Shown: positions 19,036 to 29,387, numbered from the stretch's first letter. The stretch is 64,000 nucleotides of DNA from an uncultured bacterium (GCA_903861205.1 CAIOTC010000003.1:7964-71963), one strand, 5' to 3'. Program-made: numbers and translations. The notes: generated by a model not told the origin, from the letters alone.

Positions 19036-19422
19036 TGGAAGTGCCGACATTGAAGTCGGATGCAAAGAAAGAATTGAAATGGGTCTACAACGCTTAGTTT
19101 GTTTCAGGTTTTAGATCTTGCAGCTATAAAACAAACAAAACACTGCAAAATCGAGTCTCTATTTTTTAGAAAATTTTATGAGACAATAAAATTTTCGAAT
19201 CCGAATTTATTAGAACTACGTATCCCTATCGGATGTTGGGAAGGTAATCCTTTCTTACGCTCTCGCGTAGGAAAAAGCGAAATTGTTTGCCGTAAAATAC
19301 GGAGAAACAGTTGCTCGTTTAGTTAAGTTGTTTACACTTAGCTTTCCGGACTGTTTTAGAAGGATCCGGTACTTCGCGTCGCGCATGACAATGTGCAATC
19401 TATGTCAAAACCTGTCACCCCC
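19036..19422 (-). ncRNA. ssrA: tmRNA
   Basis: 5' GGGGGTGACAGGTTTTGAC; 3' T-arm CCGAC-TTCAAT-GTCGG plus CACTTCCA; tag frame ending ANNFAFSYARA*; adjacent to smpB. Confidence 0.9.
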
Positions 19423-19556
19423 ATACTAAAATACAATTTAAAATTTTTAATTTAGAATTTAAAATTAATTTAAAAATTGAATCATTGAAAATTCAATAAA
19501 AATTAAAAATTTTAAATTAAAAATTATTCTTGCATTCTCGCATCAGAGTGCCAAAT

Positions 19557-20000
19557 TTATTTGTCAACGAACTCGCGGCGGGTTTCTCGTTCAGTTTCGC
19601 GCTTTTTGGTCGTTTCGCGCTTGTCGAATTTTTTCTTGCCGCGGGCAATGACCACATCCACCTTGATTTTCTTCCCTTTATTATACACCGACACTGGCAC
19701 AATTGTCAAGCCTTTGGTTTTCTCGGCTTTTTCCAGGTCGTAAATCTCGTTTTTGTGAAGCAAAAGCTTGCGATTGCGGTACGGATCGTATTCTTTTGGC
19801 GTGTTGCCGACTTGGTACGGCGGAACAAACATGCCGACCACGAATGCTTCGGCTCCGCGGACTGTGACATACGCGCCTTCAAGGGAACCATGCGCGCCCC
19901 GCAGGGATTTGACCTCATAACCAAAAAGCTCTACTCCGGCCGAGTATTTTTCCAAAATTTCGTAAAGAAAGGCTGCTTTTCGATTTGATATTAAGGCCAT
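19557..20000 (-). CDS. smpB: SsrA-binding protein SmpB
   Basis: NRKA..Y, G.EVKSLR, RKLLLHK, RGKKKFDKRE. Confidence 0.97.
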   Translation of the reverse strand: MALISNRKAAFLYEILEKYSAGVELFGYEVKSLRGAHGSLEGAYVTVRGAEAFVVGMFVPPYQVGNTPKEYDPYRNRKLLLHKNEIYDLEKAEKTKGLTIVPVSVYNKGKKIKVDVVIARGKKKFDKRETTKKRETERETRREFVDK

Positions 20001-20315
20001 AAGGTGATTTTAACATAAATTTAGTCTGCTTGACAGATTTTGCGGTGGGTGTAGCGTAAACATTGGAGAACAGTTGGGAGGGGAGGCAATGGGTGTGAGT
20101 CGCAACCGCGCGTCCCTGTAGGACTCCTTTTCTCTAGTCGCAAGACCCTGTTCCCGTAAAATGACCGGTCCATACAGACGCGGTCTGGGTGGGTACTCCG
20201 GAACACCTCTGGAGACCTTGCTCACGAGCCCCTCCCTGCTTACAAAGCATAGGGGCTTTTCATTTACATAACTTCACTTTCATTTTGTTAGTTTTAATGT
20301 ATACTATTGTCACTT

Positions 20316-22250
20316 ATGGCCCAGGAAAATCCCAAAAAACCGACCAAGCCAGGTCTCAAAAAAACGCCCAACAAAAAGCCGGAATCGGAGGGCGGTTCTT
20401 TGGTCAGCTATATTTTGACCATTCTCATCATTTTTATCCTGCTTTCGTCGGCTTATTCTTTCTTTTCAAACAGAGCCAAACCGGCACAAAATATTTCTCT
20501 TTCACAAGTTGCCGCCGATATTGGATCCGGTTCGATTACTTCCATTTCGGTTTCCGGCGATGATTTGAGTTTGACGTACAAAAACGGCGATGTGAAGAAT
20601 TCTAAAAAGGAGCCGGGCGAAGCGTTGTCGCAAACACTGGTCAACTACGGCGTCGGCATGGCCCAGATTGCCAAAATAAATATTGATATCAAAAATGAAA
20701 ATGGTCTTGGCTACTGGATTTTGAATTTGTCGCCGATTATTATTCCACTTTTGTTCATTTTGGTTTTCATCTGGTTCATCACGCGCCAAGTCAGGGGAGC
20801 GGGCATGCAGGCGCTGACATTTGGACAATCCAAAGCGCGCATGATCGATCCGAACGACAGCTCGCAACGTGTGACATTTAAAGACGTAGCCGGAGCCAAG
20901 GAGGCCAAGGAAGAACTTTCCGAGATTGTTGATTTTTTGCGCAATCCGAAAAAATTTCTGGACATTGGCGCGAGAATTCCAAAAGGCATCTTGCTCATGG
21001 GCGCTCCTGGCACGGGGAAAACTTTGCTGGCTCGGGCGGTTGCGGGCGAGGCTGGTGTAGCTTTCTTTTCTATTTCCGGATCGGAATTCGTGGAAATGTT
21101 TGTCGGTGTCGGTGCCTCGCGCGTGCGGGATTTGTTCCTGATGGCCAAAAAAACCGCTCCGGCTATTATTTTTGTTGATGAAATCGATGCGGTCGGGCGA
21201 GTGCGCGGTGTCGGTGCTGGCGGGGGAAACGACGAACGCGAGCAAACGCTCAACCAGATTTTGGTGGAGATGGACGGCTTCGAGCCGAATGAAAAAGTGA
21301 TCGTTATGGCGGCCACCAACCGGCCGGACGTGCTCGACCCCGCGCTCTTGCGTCCGGGCAGATTTGACAGGCGAGTGACTTTGGAACTTCCGGACAGGGC
21401 TGATCGCGAAGAAATTTTGAAAGTGCACTCGACCAAAAAACCGTTGGCCGAGGACGTTAATTTGACCGTCATTGCCGAGCGCACGCCTGGATTTTCCGGC
21501 GCCGATTTGTACTCGCTCATGAACGAGGGCGCTATTTTGGCCGCTCGCGAAAACCGCCAAAAAGTTTCGCAATACGACCTCATTCGTTCGATCGAAAAAG
21601 TGATGCTTGGTCCGGAACGCAAGAGTCACATCCTCTCCAAAAAAGAAAAAGAAATCACCGCTTTCCACGAGGCCGGGCATGCCGTGCTGGCCTCCATTTT
21701 GCCATATGCCGATCCGGTTCACAAAATTTCAATAATTTCACGCGGACATGCTGCCGGTTACGTTTTGAAGTTGCCCCTTGAGGATCGCAAGTTGCAATCC
21801 AAAAAAGAATTTCTGGACGATATTGCGGTTTCTCTCGGTGGTTATGTAACAGAGAAAATGCTTTTTGATGATTTGACCACTGGACCGTCGAATGACCTGC
21901 AAGTTTCAACCGCGTTGGCTCGCGATATGGTGACCAAATACGGCATGTCGGACAAACTCGGACCTGTGGCTCTCGAAGGGCAGGGTGGAAAAGTTTTGTT
22001 TGGCCGAGGTGTGGAAGAAAACGAATACTCGGAAAAAGTTGCCATGGATATTGACGGCGAAGTTTCGCGCATCATGAAGGAGGCGGAAACGAAGGCAATA
22101 AACACCATCACTGAAAATCGCAAACTGCTGGATGCCATCGCGCATCGCCTGACCGAAAAAGAAACCATCGAACGCGCCGAATTCGAAACCATTTTGGTGG
22201 CGCATGGCATCACGCCAAAGCAAAAACTCGACATTGAGCACAGCGGCTAG
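20316..22250 (+). CDS. ftsH: ATP-dependent zinc metalloprotease FtsH
   Basis: Two TM helices, [27 protein letters not shown]. Confidence 0.98.
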   Translation: MAQENPKKPTKPGLKKTPNKKPESEGGSLVSYILTILIIFILLSSAYSFFSNRAKPAQNISLSQVAADIGSGSITSISVSGDDLSLTYKNGDVKNSKKEPGEALSQTLVNYGVGMAQIAKINIDIKNENGLGYWILNLSPIIIPLLFILVFIWFITRQVRGAGMQALTFGQSKARMIDPNDSSQRVTFKDVAGAKEAKEELSEIVDFLRNPKKFLDIGARIPKGILLMGAPGTGKTLLARAVAGEAGVAFFSISGSEFVEMFVGVGASRVRDLFLMAKKTAPAIIFVDEIDAVGRVRGVGAGGGNDEREQTLNQILVEMDGFEPNEKVIVMAATNRPDVLDPALLRPGRFDRRVTLELPDRADREEILKVHSTKKPLAEDVNLTVIAERTPGFSGADLYSLMNEGAILAARENRQKVSQYDLIRSIEKVMLGPERKSHILSKKEKEITAFHEAGHAVLASILPYADPVHKISIISRGHAAGYVLKLPLEDRKLQSKKEFLDDIAVSLGGYVTEKMLFDDLTTGPSNDLQVSTALARDMVTKYGMSDKLGPVALEGQGGKVLFGRGVEENEYSEKVAMDIDGEVSRIMKEAETKAINTITENRKLLDAIAHRLTEKETIERAEFETILVAHGITPKQKLDIEHSG

Positions 22251-22295
22251 TTGTTTTTGCGTGGGATTGTGGTATTGTAATTACCGGAGGTTCTT

Positions 22296-22517
22296 ATGAG
22301 GCGATGCAGAGAAGTCATTGGTCATTTTTTCGGTTTTCCTGTCCACTGTAACAGCAGAATATTGACACTCTTTAAGAGAGAAAATGGAAAAATTTATTGC
22401 GAAGATGTTTGTTCGGAAGGACACAAACAATCTCTCGTGCCGGATGAATTAGACTTGTCAAAACTGCCGCCGACCGTTTCGCAAAAAACTTGGGTTTTCG
22501 GCAAATCAATTTTCTAG
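22296..22517 (+). CDS. small Cys/His-containing orphan protein
   Basis: GGAGG Shine-Dalgarno at 22286, own promoter-like motif and downstream hairpin. Confidence 0.5.
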   Translation: MRRCREVIGHFFGFPVHCNSRILTLFKRENGKIYCEDVCSEGHKQSLVPDELDLSKLPPTVSQKTWVFGKSIF

Positions 22518-22565
22518 ACCGGCTTCGGCTGGTCTTTACTTTTTGTTGTGGTAAAATGCCTTCAT

Positions 22566-22638
22566 ACGCGCATAGCTCAGTTGGTAGAGCGGTCGACTTA
22601 TACTCGATTGGTCGGGGGTTCGAGTCCCTCTGCGCGTA
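22566..22638 (+). tRNA. tRNA-Ile (anticodon TAT)
   Basis: ACGCGCA/TGCGCGT acceptor stem, GTCGA-CTTATAC-TCGAT anticodon arm, GGTTCGAGTCC T-arm. Confidence 0.92.
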
Positions 22639-22693
22639 CAAAGAGAGTTTAAAAACACCAGGTGTTTGAATTCCAACACCTGGTGTTTAAAAA

Positions 22694-23542
22694 TTATCTC
22701 GGAAATTCGTCCAACAGTTCGCTCGAATTGTAAAACTGGGCGGCGAGGGCGCCGAAGCTGTATGTTTTGTCGCCGAGCGTGATTGCTGCGCCGCCGGATT
22801 GCGGTGAGGCGTTTGGTTTGGAGCCGGCAAAGCCGATGTTGTAAAGTGTTGACAAAATTTCCGGTCGATTGGAAATGTCAAAACCGGCCGATTTCCACTG
22901 TGTTTCAATTTCTTTCAAATACAGACCAGCGTACAGATAGCTGTAATAGTGATCGTGTTGGTCGGTCATTCTAGTAAACCTTTCTTGCTTCACCAAGGTG
23001 TCACCTTGGTGGGAAAAATTCAGGAGATTTTCAAATTGCGGGCCGAGATAATATTGCGAGGTTACATCTTTCAAATTTTTTTCGATTTGAATTGCCGTGT
23101 CCTCCTTGGTGCCCATCACGCCCCAGGAAAATTGCGTTTGACTGCCGAGAATTTTAAGCGGTTCAAAAAACTTTTTGAACGATTCACGATCGGTGTAAAA
23201 AAATCGAAGTTGTTCTACGACCAGCTGGGCCACGATCAGGCGAGCGGGAACACCAGCCGTGATGGCCGCTCTGTTGATTGTCGGTTGATCTTTCAAAATG
23301 GCGTTTTTGAGCGTTTGCCATTCCGATCCGGAGTTCCAAAAATAATTTTCGTTTGCCCTAGGGGTTGCCTCGGGCGAACTTGTTGTTGATGAGTTTGCGT
23401 TTGCCAGAAAACTTTCTCGTTGCGTGTCGATTATCCCGCTCGTGTTTGTCCAACCGAATTTGATCGCAAAATATCCGGCCACCAGCACAAATCCGATGGC
23501 GGCAAAAATGTAAAGGAAAATGTTAAAAACTTTTTTGTACAT
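22694..23542 (-). CDS. membrane-anchored hypothetical protein (possibly lysozyme-like fold)
   Basis: N-terminal TM helix; EQLR, S.GVMG, TLYNIG motifs; ATG at 23542. Confidence 0.7.
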   Translation of the reverse strand: MYKKVFNIFLYIFAAIGFVLVAGYFAIKFGWTNTSGIIDTQRESFLANANSSTTSSPEATPRANENYFWNSGSEWQTLKNAILKDQPTINRAAITAGVPARLIVAQLVVEQLRFFYTDRESFKKFFEPLKILGSQTQFSWGVMGTKEDTAIQIEKNLKDVTSQYYLGPQFENLLNFSHQGDTLVKQERFTRMTDQHDHYYSYLYAGLYLKEIETQWKSAGFDISNRPEILSTLYNIGFAGSKPNASPQSGGAAITLGDKTYSFGALAAQFYNSSELLDEFPR

Positions 23543-23702
23543 TTGGTTTTTGTCATTCCCGCGCATGCGGGAATCTAGGTCTGGATCCCCGCATACGCGA
23601 GGATGACAGAATTACTTTGAATTTGTATATCATAAAAAAGATTTTAATGCGAATTTACTTGTTTTTTCTTTTGTTTGTGGTAATGTATTTTCGGAGGTCG
23701 TC

Positions 23703-23978
23703 ATGTCGTTTACACACCAAGATTTAAAAGATCACTATGTTTTAGGCGGTCGGTGCCACGATCCGGCCAAAAATGACACCCTTTTTGATAGGCATGTGAA
23801 CGGGTGTTTTACAATAATTTTGAACGATTCGGTAAAAGATGACGAATCCGCCATCAAAGATGCTGATGTTTGTGTTGAAGTGGATATCATGAGGGCAAAG
23901 CCAGGAGAGAGGATTACCGCCACACTCCATTTTAACAATAGGATAGTTAAAAACTATCCGGAAGTTGTAAAAGAATAG
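23703..23978 (+). CDS. small orphan protein
   Basis: GGAGG Shine-Dalgarno at 23693, TGTGGTAATGT promoter-like motif. Confidence 0.55.
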   Translation: MSFTHQDLKDHYVLGGRCHDPAKNDTLFDRHVNGCFTIILNDSVKDDESAIKDADVCVEVDIMRAKPGERITATLHFNNRIVKNYPEVVKE

Positions 23979-23980
23979 TT

Positions 23981-26152
23981 CTATTCAAAATGTATCGCGT
24001 TTGTTTGGTCAGATATCCGCTCCGCAAGGCACGGGTATTTTTTTAGGTTTGGGTCGGACTCGATAATTTGCGTCGCTTCCAGACGCGCAGCCTCCACCAT
24101 TTTAATATTTTTGATGGCTTCCATGGCCAGGTCGGAGATGCCCCATTGTTTTCGTCCGTAAAGTTCGCCAGCGCCACGCTGGGCCAGGTCGAACTCGGCC
24201 AGCTCAAAACCGTTTTTGGCCGTGGTTAGAGCTTTCAGACGTGCGCGAGTTTTTTCACTTTTGCTTTCGGTGAAAACGAAACAATAGGCTTGATGATTCG
24301 AGCGGATGACGCGACCGCGAAGCTGATGCAGTTGCGACAAACCGAAACGCTCGGCGCCCTCGATGATAATCATGGTGGCGTTCGGCACATTGACACCAAC
24401 TTCCACCACCGATGTGGCCACTAGAATATCGATTTTCTTCTCGGCGAAATTTTGCATCGTTTTTTCTTTTTCGGCCGGAGTCATTTTGCTGTGCAGAATG
24501 GCGATGTTCCATTTTTGAAAAACATCTTTTTTGAGATGCTCGGCTTCGAGTTTGACCGATTTGGCGATGACAGCAAGCTCTTTTGTCGGATCCGGTTCGT
24601 CGATTCGCGGGCAGATGATATAAAGTTGTCGGCCGTTTTCGAGCTCTTGCGAAATTTCGTTGTAAGTTTTTTCACGCTCGGTCGGCAAAATAATTTTGGT
24701 GATAATCGGCTTGCGACCGACGGGCATTTGGTCGAGCAAAGTCAAATCCAAATCTCCGTAAATAGTGAGCGACAATGTACGGGGGATTGGCGTGGCAGTC
24801 ATGGTTAGTAAATGTGGAGCGACGCCGGATTTTGTGGTTAGCTTTTGACGTTGAGCTGTGCCGAAACGGTGTTGCTCGTCAATAACAACGAAAGCCAGAT
24901 GTTTGAAAGCGACGGATTTATAAATCAAAGCATGTGTGCCGATCAAAATTGGAACCTCGCCGTTGGCCACCCACTTCAAAAGCTGAGCGCGCGAAATGTG
25001 TGTCGGTTTGGTTTTGTCTGATTTTGACGGGAATATCTGGCAGCCACTGCCCGTAATCAGGCCGATTTTAATTGGCAGGTGTTTGAAATATCCGATGAAA
25101 TTTTCGTAATGTTGTTTGGCCAGAATTTCTGTCGGCGCCATGTAGGCCACTTGTAAATTGCCGAAATCTTGGCCGTTTGGTCGGCTTGTCGCTACAGCGA
25201 AAGCACAGGTCGCCGCCACTGCTGTTTTGCCGCTTCCGACGTCGCCTTCGAGAAGTCGTGACATAGGATGACCTTTTTTGAAATCGGTCAAAATGGTTTC
25301 GATTGATTTTTTCTGGGCTTCTGTCGGGGTGAATGGAAATCGTGAAATGAATTCATCGATAGATTTTTTGTCGGCGGTGACTGTAAAACTTTTTTCACTT
25401 TGCCATATTTTTTTGTCGCGTTGTTTTTGAAGCTGGATGAAAAAAATTTCCTCGAAAGCGAATCTTTTTCGCGCCGACTCGGCGTCTCGCGTATTTTTCG
25501 GCGTATGAATCCAAATAAGCGCTGTTTTCAAACACGGCAAATTGTATTTTTCCAAAATTTCGGCCGGAATTGGATCCTCCAAATTAGCAAGAACTGTTCT
25601 TGCTAAACTATCACCACGGAAGATTTTCTCGATGGCGTGATAAATCCAATTCGACGTGACGCCGGCCGACTCCGGATAGACTGGATACAAACTGTGTTCG
25701 TCGCCGCTCTCTCCAAACAAACTTTTGCCGACGCCGACGGGAATGGAGCGTGCAACCTCAACTTTTGGATTTGAAAAATATAGCTCTGATTTTCTCTCCG
25801 CCACTTTTCCTTGCACGCGCACCGTCGCGCCTTCGTGGAGCATTTTGGCAATATATGGCTGATGGAACCAAACAATTTTTATTTTTCCAGTTTCATCGGA
25901 CAGCGTGGCGTCAGCCATCGGAATTCTACTGCGGAAACCCTTACTTGTTTTCAGTCCCGTGACAGTACCGAAAACCGTCGCTTCCTCGCCGACGGCAAGC
26001 GAGTCAATGTATTTTATTTCCTTGGTATCGCCATATCGCACCGGAAAATGATACAGCAAATCCCGCACGGTTTTCAGCCCCAGCTTATCCAGTGCCTTCT
26101 TATGCGCCGGCAGTATTCGCAGGATGTCCGAAAGTGGCGAGTTCAAATTCAT
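23981..26152 (-). CDS. recG: ATP-dependent DNA helicase RecG
   Basis: GDVGSGKT, DEQHRFG, TATPIPRT, LHQLRGRV. Confidence 0.97.
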   Translation of the reverse strand: MNLNSPLSDILRILPAHKKALDKLGLKTVRDLLYHFPVRYGDTKEIKYIDSLAVGEEATVFGTVTGLKTSKGFRSRIPMADATLSDETGKIKIVWFHQPYIAKMLHEGATVRVQGKVAERKSELYFSNPKVEVARSIPVGVGKSLFGESGDEHSLYPVYPESAGVTSNWIYHAIEKIFRGDSLARTVLANLEDPIPAEILEKYNLPCLKTALIWIHTPKNTRDAESARKRFAFEEIFFIQLQKQRDKKIWQSEKSFTVTADKKSIDEFISRFPFTPTEAQKKSIETILTDFKKGHPMSRLLEGDVGSGKTAVAATCAFAVATSRPNGQDFGNLQVAYMAPTEILAKQHYENFIGYFKHLPIKIGLITGSGCQIFPSKSDKTKPTHISRAQLLKWVANGEVPILIGTHALIYKSVAFKHLAFVVIDEQHRFGTAQRQKLTTKSGVAPHLLTMTATPIPRTLSLTIYGDLDLTLLDQMPVGRKPIITKIILPTEREKTYNEISQELENGRQLYIICPRIDEPDPTKELAVIAKSVKLEAEHLKKDVFQKWNIAILHSKMTPAEKEKTMQNFAEKKIDILVATSVVEVGVNVPNATMIIIEGAERFGLSQLHQLRGRVIRSNHQAYCFVFTESKSEKTRARLKALTTAKNGFELAEFDLAQRGAGELYGRKQWGISDLAMEAIKNIKMVEAARLEATQIIESDPNLKKYPCLAERISDQTNAIHFE

Positions 26153-26235
26153 GGCTTCATTATGGGCTGTTTTGGGGAAAATAAAAAGTGCTTGCAAAAT
26201 TAAAACAAATGTGATTTAATAAATGTGGAGGTTTT

Positions 26236-26529
26236 ATGAGCGATGTTCGTATTCCATTTCACGAGGCGGTGATAGGTGTACTCCATAACGCATCCGGTTT
26301 CGGTCTAGTGACGGTAGGTGAACTTTTGTGTAAAACGGTAATACCAAAAAATCACGACAAGATTATGTGGGCATGGGAGAGACGTTGTCAGGACACAAAT
26401 TTCAATCCGCTCACGAGACAACTCGTCATTGACTCAATCGTAAGAAACAAAAAGGAAATCGAGGAGAAAGAAGAGAAAAATAAAAATCCTCTCGATCGAT
26501 TTCGACTTGAAGATGAAAAACACGCCTGA
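26236..26529 (+). CDS. small orphan protein
   Basis: TTGCAA...TTTAAT promoter, GGAGG Shine-Dalgarno at 26227. Confidence 0.6.
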   Translation: MSDVRIPFHEAVIGVLHNASGFGLVTVGELLCKTVIPKNHDKIMWAWERRCQDTNFNPLTRQLVIDSIVRNKKEIEEKEEKNKNPLDRFRLEDEKHA

Positions 26530-26798
26530 CCGAAGAACAGGGGCGGCACTATCCTATGGGACGTGTCGCTTTTTCTTTTGAAAAGCAAAATAAAAAATTA
26601 CCACTAAGCAAATTTTGTCGAGCCGACACTTTTACGGCGCATTGCGGAATGCGTGAAGACATGAGCAGGAAGAAAAATCGCAGCAGCGATTTATTCTGGC
26701 GACGGAAAAGTGTTGGGTCGTAAGAAATTTGTGATATCGGTTCGCTCACACCCGGTGATCACGTTGCTGCGCCGTGGACACCAGGTGAGAGCTTCATA

Positions 26799-27494
26799 TT
26801 ACCCAATGAGAGCTCCACGCAAACTCGCCGGATTCTTTCCGTCCCAGGAGATTTCGCCGGTCAAAACTTTTTCGGTGATGATCGGCTGCCATTTGTGTTC
26901 TGTCTCGAGGACGCGCGCGGCAAGCGTGTCGGCTGTGTCGTCGGGAAGAATTGGCACAGATTGTGAAAAGAAAAGCGGACCTTCGTCGTATTTTTCGGTG
27001 ACGAAATGCATTGAAACGGCCGAGTGAGTTATTTTTTCGCAAGAACTGTTCTTGCGAAAGTTGTGATATGCTTCCATGACCGCTTCGTGGACGTGGTGGC
27101 CATACATGCCGGCGCCGCCGAAACGGGGGAGCGGTCCAGGGTGAATGTTGATCGTTTTTTGAGGATCCAAACCGGTGACCAGTTTGAGCCAGCCCGAAAG
27201 GCAAACCAAATCCGCGTCGGCGACAATTTTTCTGTAATTTTCCGCCGTGCCGAATTCCGGTCCAGTTTCTCCATCAACGGGTTTGCGCGCGGGGAAGTAA
27301 ATAAATTTCACACCCAATCTGTCGGCGCGCTGTCTCACCCCGCCGTTTTCGTGATTGGAGACCACGGCCAAAATTTCGGCATTCAAAATTCCATTTCGTG
27401 AAGCATTCACCAAATTTTCAAACCCGCTACCTCCGCCGTCTTTTGTGCCGGAAGCGAAAATGATGATTTTCTTTTTTGTATCATTCGTAGTCAT
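26799..27494 (-). CDS. purN: phosphoribosylglycinamide formyltransferase-like protein
   Basis: FASG...GS, LSGW, INIHPGPLP.FGG.GMYG..VH, HFV.E.YDEG. Confidence 0.85.
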   Translation of the reverse strand: MTTNDTKKKIIIFASGTKDGGGSGFENLVNASRNGILNAEILAVVSNHENGGVRQRADRLGVKFIYFPARKPVDGETGPEFGTAENYRKIVADADLVCLSGWLKLVTGLDPQKTINIHPGPLPRFGGAGMYGHHVHEAVMEAYHNFRKNSSCEKITHSAVSMHFVTEKYDEGPLFFSQSVPILPDDTADTLAARVLETEHKWQPIITEKVLTGEISWDGKNPASLRGALIG

Positions 27495-27581
27495 TCGTAA
27501 TTAATTCGTTATTTCGTATATGTGGATAAGTATAGCAAACATTTTATTTTTTGTGGCGTATACTCTACTCAGAGGTGTCAT

Positions 27582-27761
27582 ATGGGAACCAGTGCTGGCG
27601 TCTTTGGTCCGGGTCCTGTAAACATCGGATTTGTGATGGGGCAGACAATAGGAGAGTGCAGAACTCATGGCGAAACGAATTTTGTTTTTTTGGAAGATGG
27701 CAGAAAAGTGTGCCGGCTTTGCGAAGAAAGAAAAGTCTTGTTCAAAGAAATCAGCGAGTAA
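27582..27761 (+). CDS. small zinc-ribbon-like orphan protein
   Basis: GAGGT Shine-Dalgarno, CxxH...CxxC, downstream hairpin. Confidence 0.5.
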   Translation: MGTSAGVFGPGPVNIGFVMGQTIGECRTHGETNFVFLEDGRKVCRLCEERKVLFKEISE

Positions 27762-27849
27762 GGAGAGCCAGGCTCTCCTTTGTTTTGCAAAAAAACAGAA
27801 GGCCATGAACCCTCTGTTTTTTTCATACTATTAATAATTCTTCAATTTT

Positions 27850-28671
27850 TTAAAATCCGAAAAGTTTGGAAAAGAAGCTGCCGATTTTGCCGAAAAATCC
27901 GGTATGCGGAGCGAGCGTCGTTCCGGAAGTGCTTCCTGCGGGAGTCGGTCCTTGGTCGAGAATGGTGGAAGCGACGACTGCGTTGCCGGTAACGGTGCCT
28001 TGAACAACCAAATTATCGCCAGTAGCCAAATCCGTCAAAGCTCCAGCGACGCTGCCTTTCTGAATTTTGGCGTTCGTGGCGTCAACGGTGTAGGTCACGT
28101 TGCTTTTGTTCGTGATCGTCACTGCCTCGCCGCTAACGGCGGTGACAGCGCCCGCAACCACCGGAAGTCCATTTCCCGGATTAAGGACGACTGGTGCTGT
28201 CTTTTGGCCAGTTCCAGTAACTGCCGGTCTAGGAGTCACTCCATCGCGGATGGCTGTGGCTGTTACATTCGTGCCGCTAACCGTGCCCTGAACGGAAATA
28301 GTGTCTCCGACGATAATGCTGGCGACTGTTCCGGCCGCGCCGCTTTTGGTTACTGTGGCGTTGGCGGCGTCAACTGTGTAGGTGACTGTCGTCTGAGTTG
28401 GTGTGGCTGTCGTACCAGTTGTGCTGGTCGGTCTTTGCCACTGCTTACTGGTAACAGTGATTGTGTTGCCGCTCACCGCTGAAACTGTTCCGACAACGCC
28501 TTGTCGCATCATTCCCATTTTGTAACCTTGCGCGAAACCTCTGACGGTTTCGGGAGTGACTTGACTGGCACTCGCTGCCTCTGCAAAAGCCGAAGTGGCC
28601 AGGGTCAAACCTGCGATTGTCATGACGACAGCTGGTAAAATTGTAAACTTGTTTTTGATCATTTTGTTCAT
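27850..28671 (-). CDS. secreted Thr/Gly/Val-rich protein with two repeated OB-like (DUF5666-like) domains
   Basis: Signal peptide; duplicated GTVSAVSG..ITVT...YTVDA.NA...VGD.I.VQGTV.G. Confidence 0.8.
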   Translation of the reverse strand: MNKMIKNKFTILPAVVMTIAGLTLATSAFAEAASASQVTPETVRGFAQGYKMGMMRQGVVGTVSAVSGNTITVTSKQWQRPTSTTGTTATPTQTTVTYTVDAANATVTKSGAAGTVASIIVGDTISVQGTVSGTNVTATAIRDGVTPRPAVTGTGQKTAPVVLNPGNGLPVVAGAVTAVSGEAVTITNKSNVTYTVDATNAKIQKGSVAGALTDLATGDNLVVQGTVTGNAVVASTILDQGPTPAGSTSGTTLAPHTGFFGKIGSFFSKLFGF

Positions 28672-28798
28672 GAAAATTATCTAGTAATTTTGCGGAATTT
28701 CCCCCGCAATATGAGTACGGCGCTTCATGTAAAAATGGTGCAGATTTCAGTGGACTTTTTCCCAAGTTTGTTATATATTTTGTGAGGAGGAATTTGCG

Positions 28799-29050
28799 AT
28801 GAAAATTCTGTACTTTTTTCATAGGAATTTAGAATTGATTTTAGGAAGCATTTTGTTTGTGTCCTTGTGTTGGGCAATACACGAGGACTTGGAATTGTCC
28901 TGGCATTATTCTGTTTTGGTCTGCACAATAGCATTTGGCGCCGCAGTGATTATTATAGTTAAAGTTTTCACCCCGTTTTTTAAATGGGTTGATCGGGGTA
29001 ATGCTAAAATTGAATCCTGGATTAAAAAGAAGCTTGGTGTTTTGCAGTAA
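28799..29050 (+). CDS. small two-TM orphan protein
   Basis: GAGGAGG Shine-Dalgarno, terminator at ~29058-29080. Confidence 0.6.
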   Translation: MKILYFFHRNLELILGSILFVSLCWAIHEDLELSWHYSVLVCTIAFGAAVIIIVKVFTPFFKWVDRGNAKIESWIKKKLGVLQ

Positions 29051-29125
29051 AACATCAAATCCCGTCTCGGCGGGATTTTATTTTGCTATAACACGTCAAT
29101 ATGGTAATCTTAGTGTGAAATAAAC

Positions 29126-29212
29126 GGAGGGTTGCGCCGAATGGTAAGGCAGCGGTTTGCTAAACCGTGGGGACTTTAAAATCCCCTGTGGGTTCGACTC
29201 CCACACCTTCCG
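29126..29212 (+). tRNA. tRNA-Ser (anticodon GCT)
   Basis: Cloverleaf with long variable arm GGGGA..TCCCC, GGTTCGACTCC T-arm. Confidence 0.93.
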
Positions 29213-29387
29213 CAACGACATTTCAAAATAGCGTTTTAATAGCTATTTTGAAACGGCGTCTGTTTTGAAGTAGGCGTGGGAGTCGAAGCCCGATTGAGAT
29301 ATTTTATGAGCGAAGCGAAATAAAATATCCAATTGGGGTACTGACCATGTAATGGTCGAATCTCCCACACCTTCTGCAATTTAAAAA

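Noticed and set aside
20064-20262. RNase P RNA
   Set aside because: No GAGGAAAGTCC or 3' ACAGAA..CGGCTTA conserved regions found on either strand.
20502-21722. Long antisense ORFs over ftsH (and similar ones over pilM, pilB, pilT, gatA)
   Set aside because: Shadow frames of well-conserved genes caused by codon bias.
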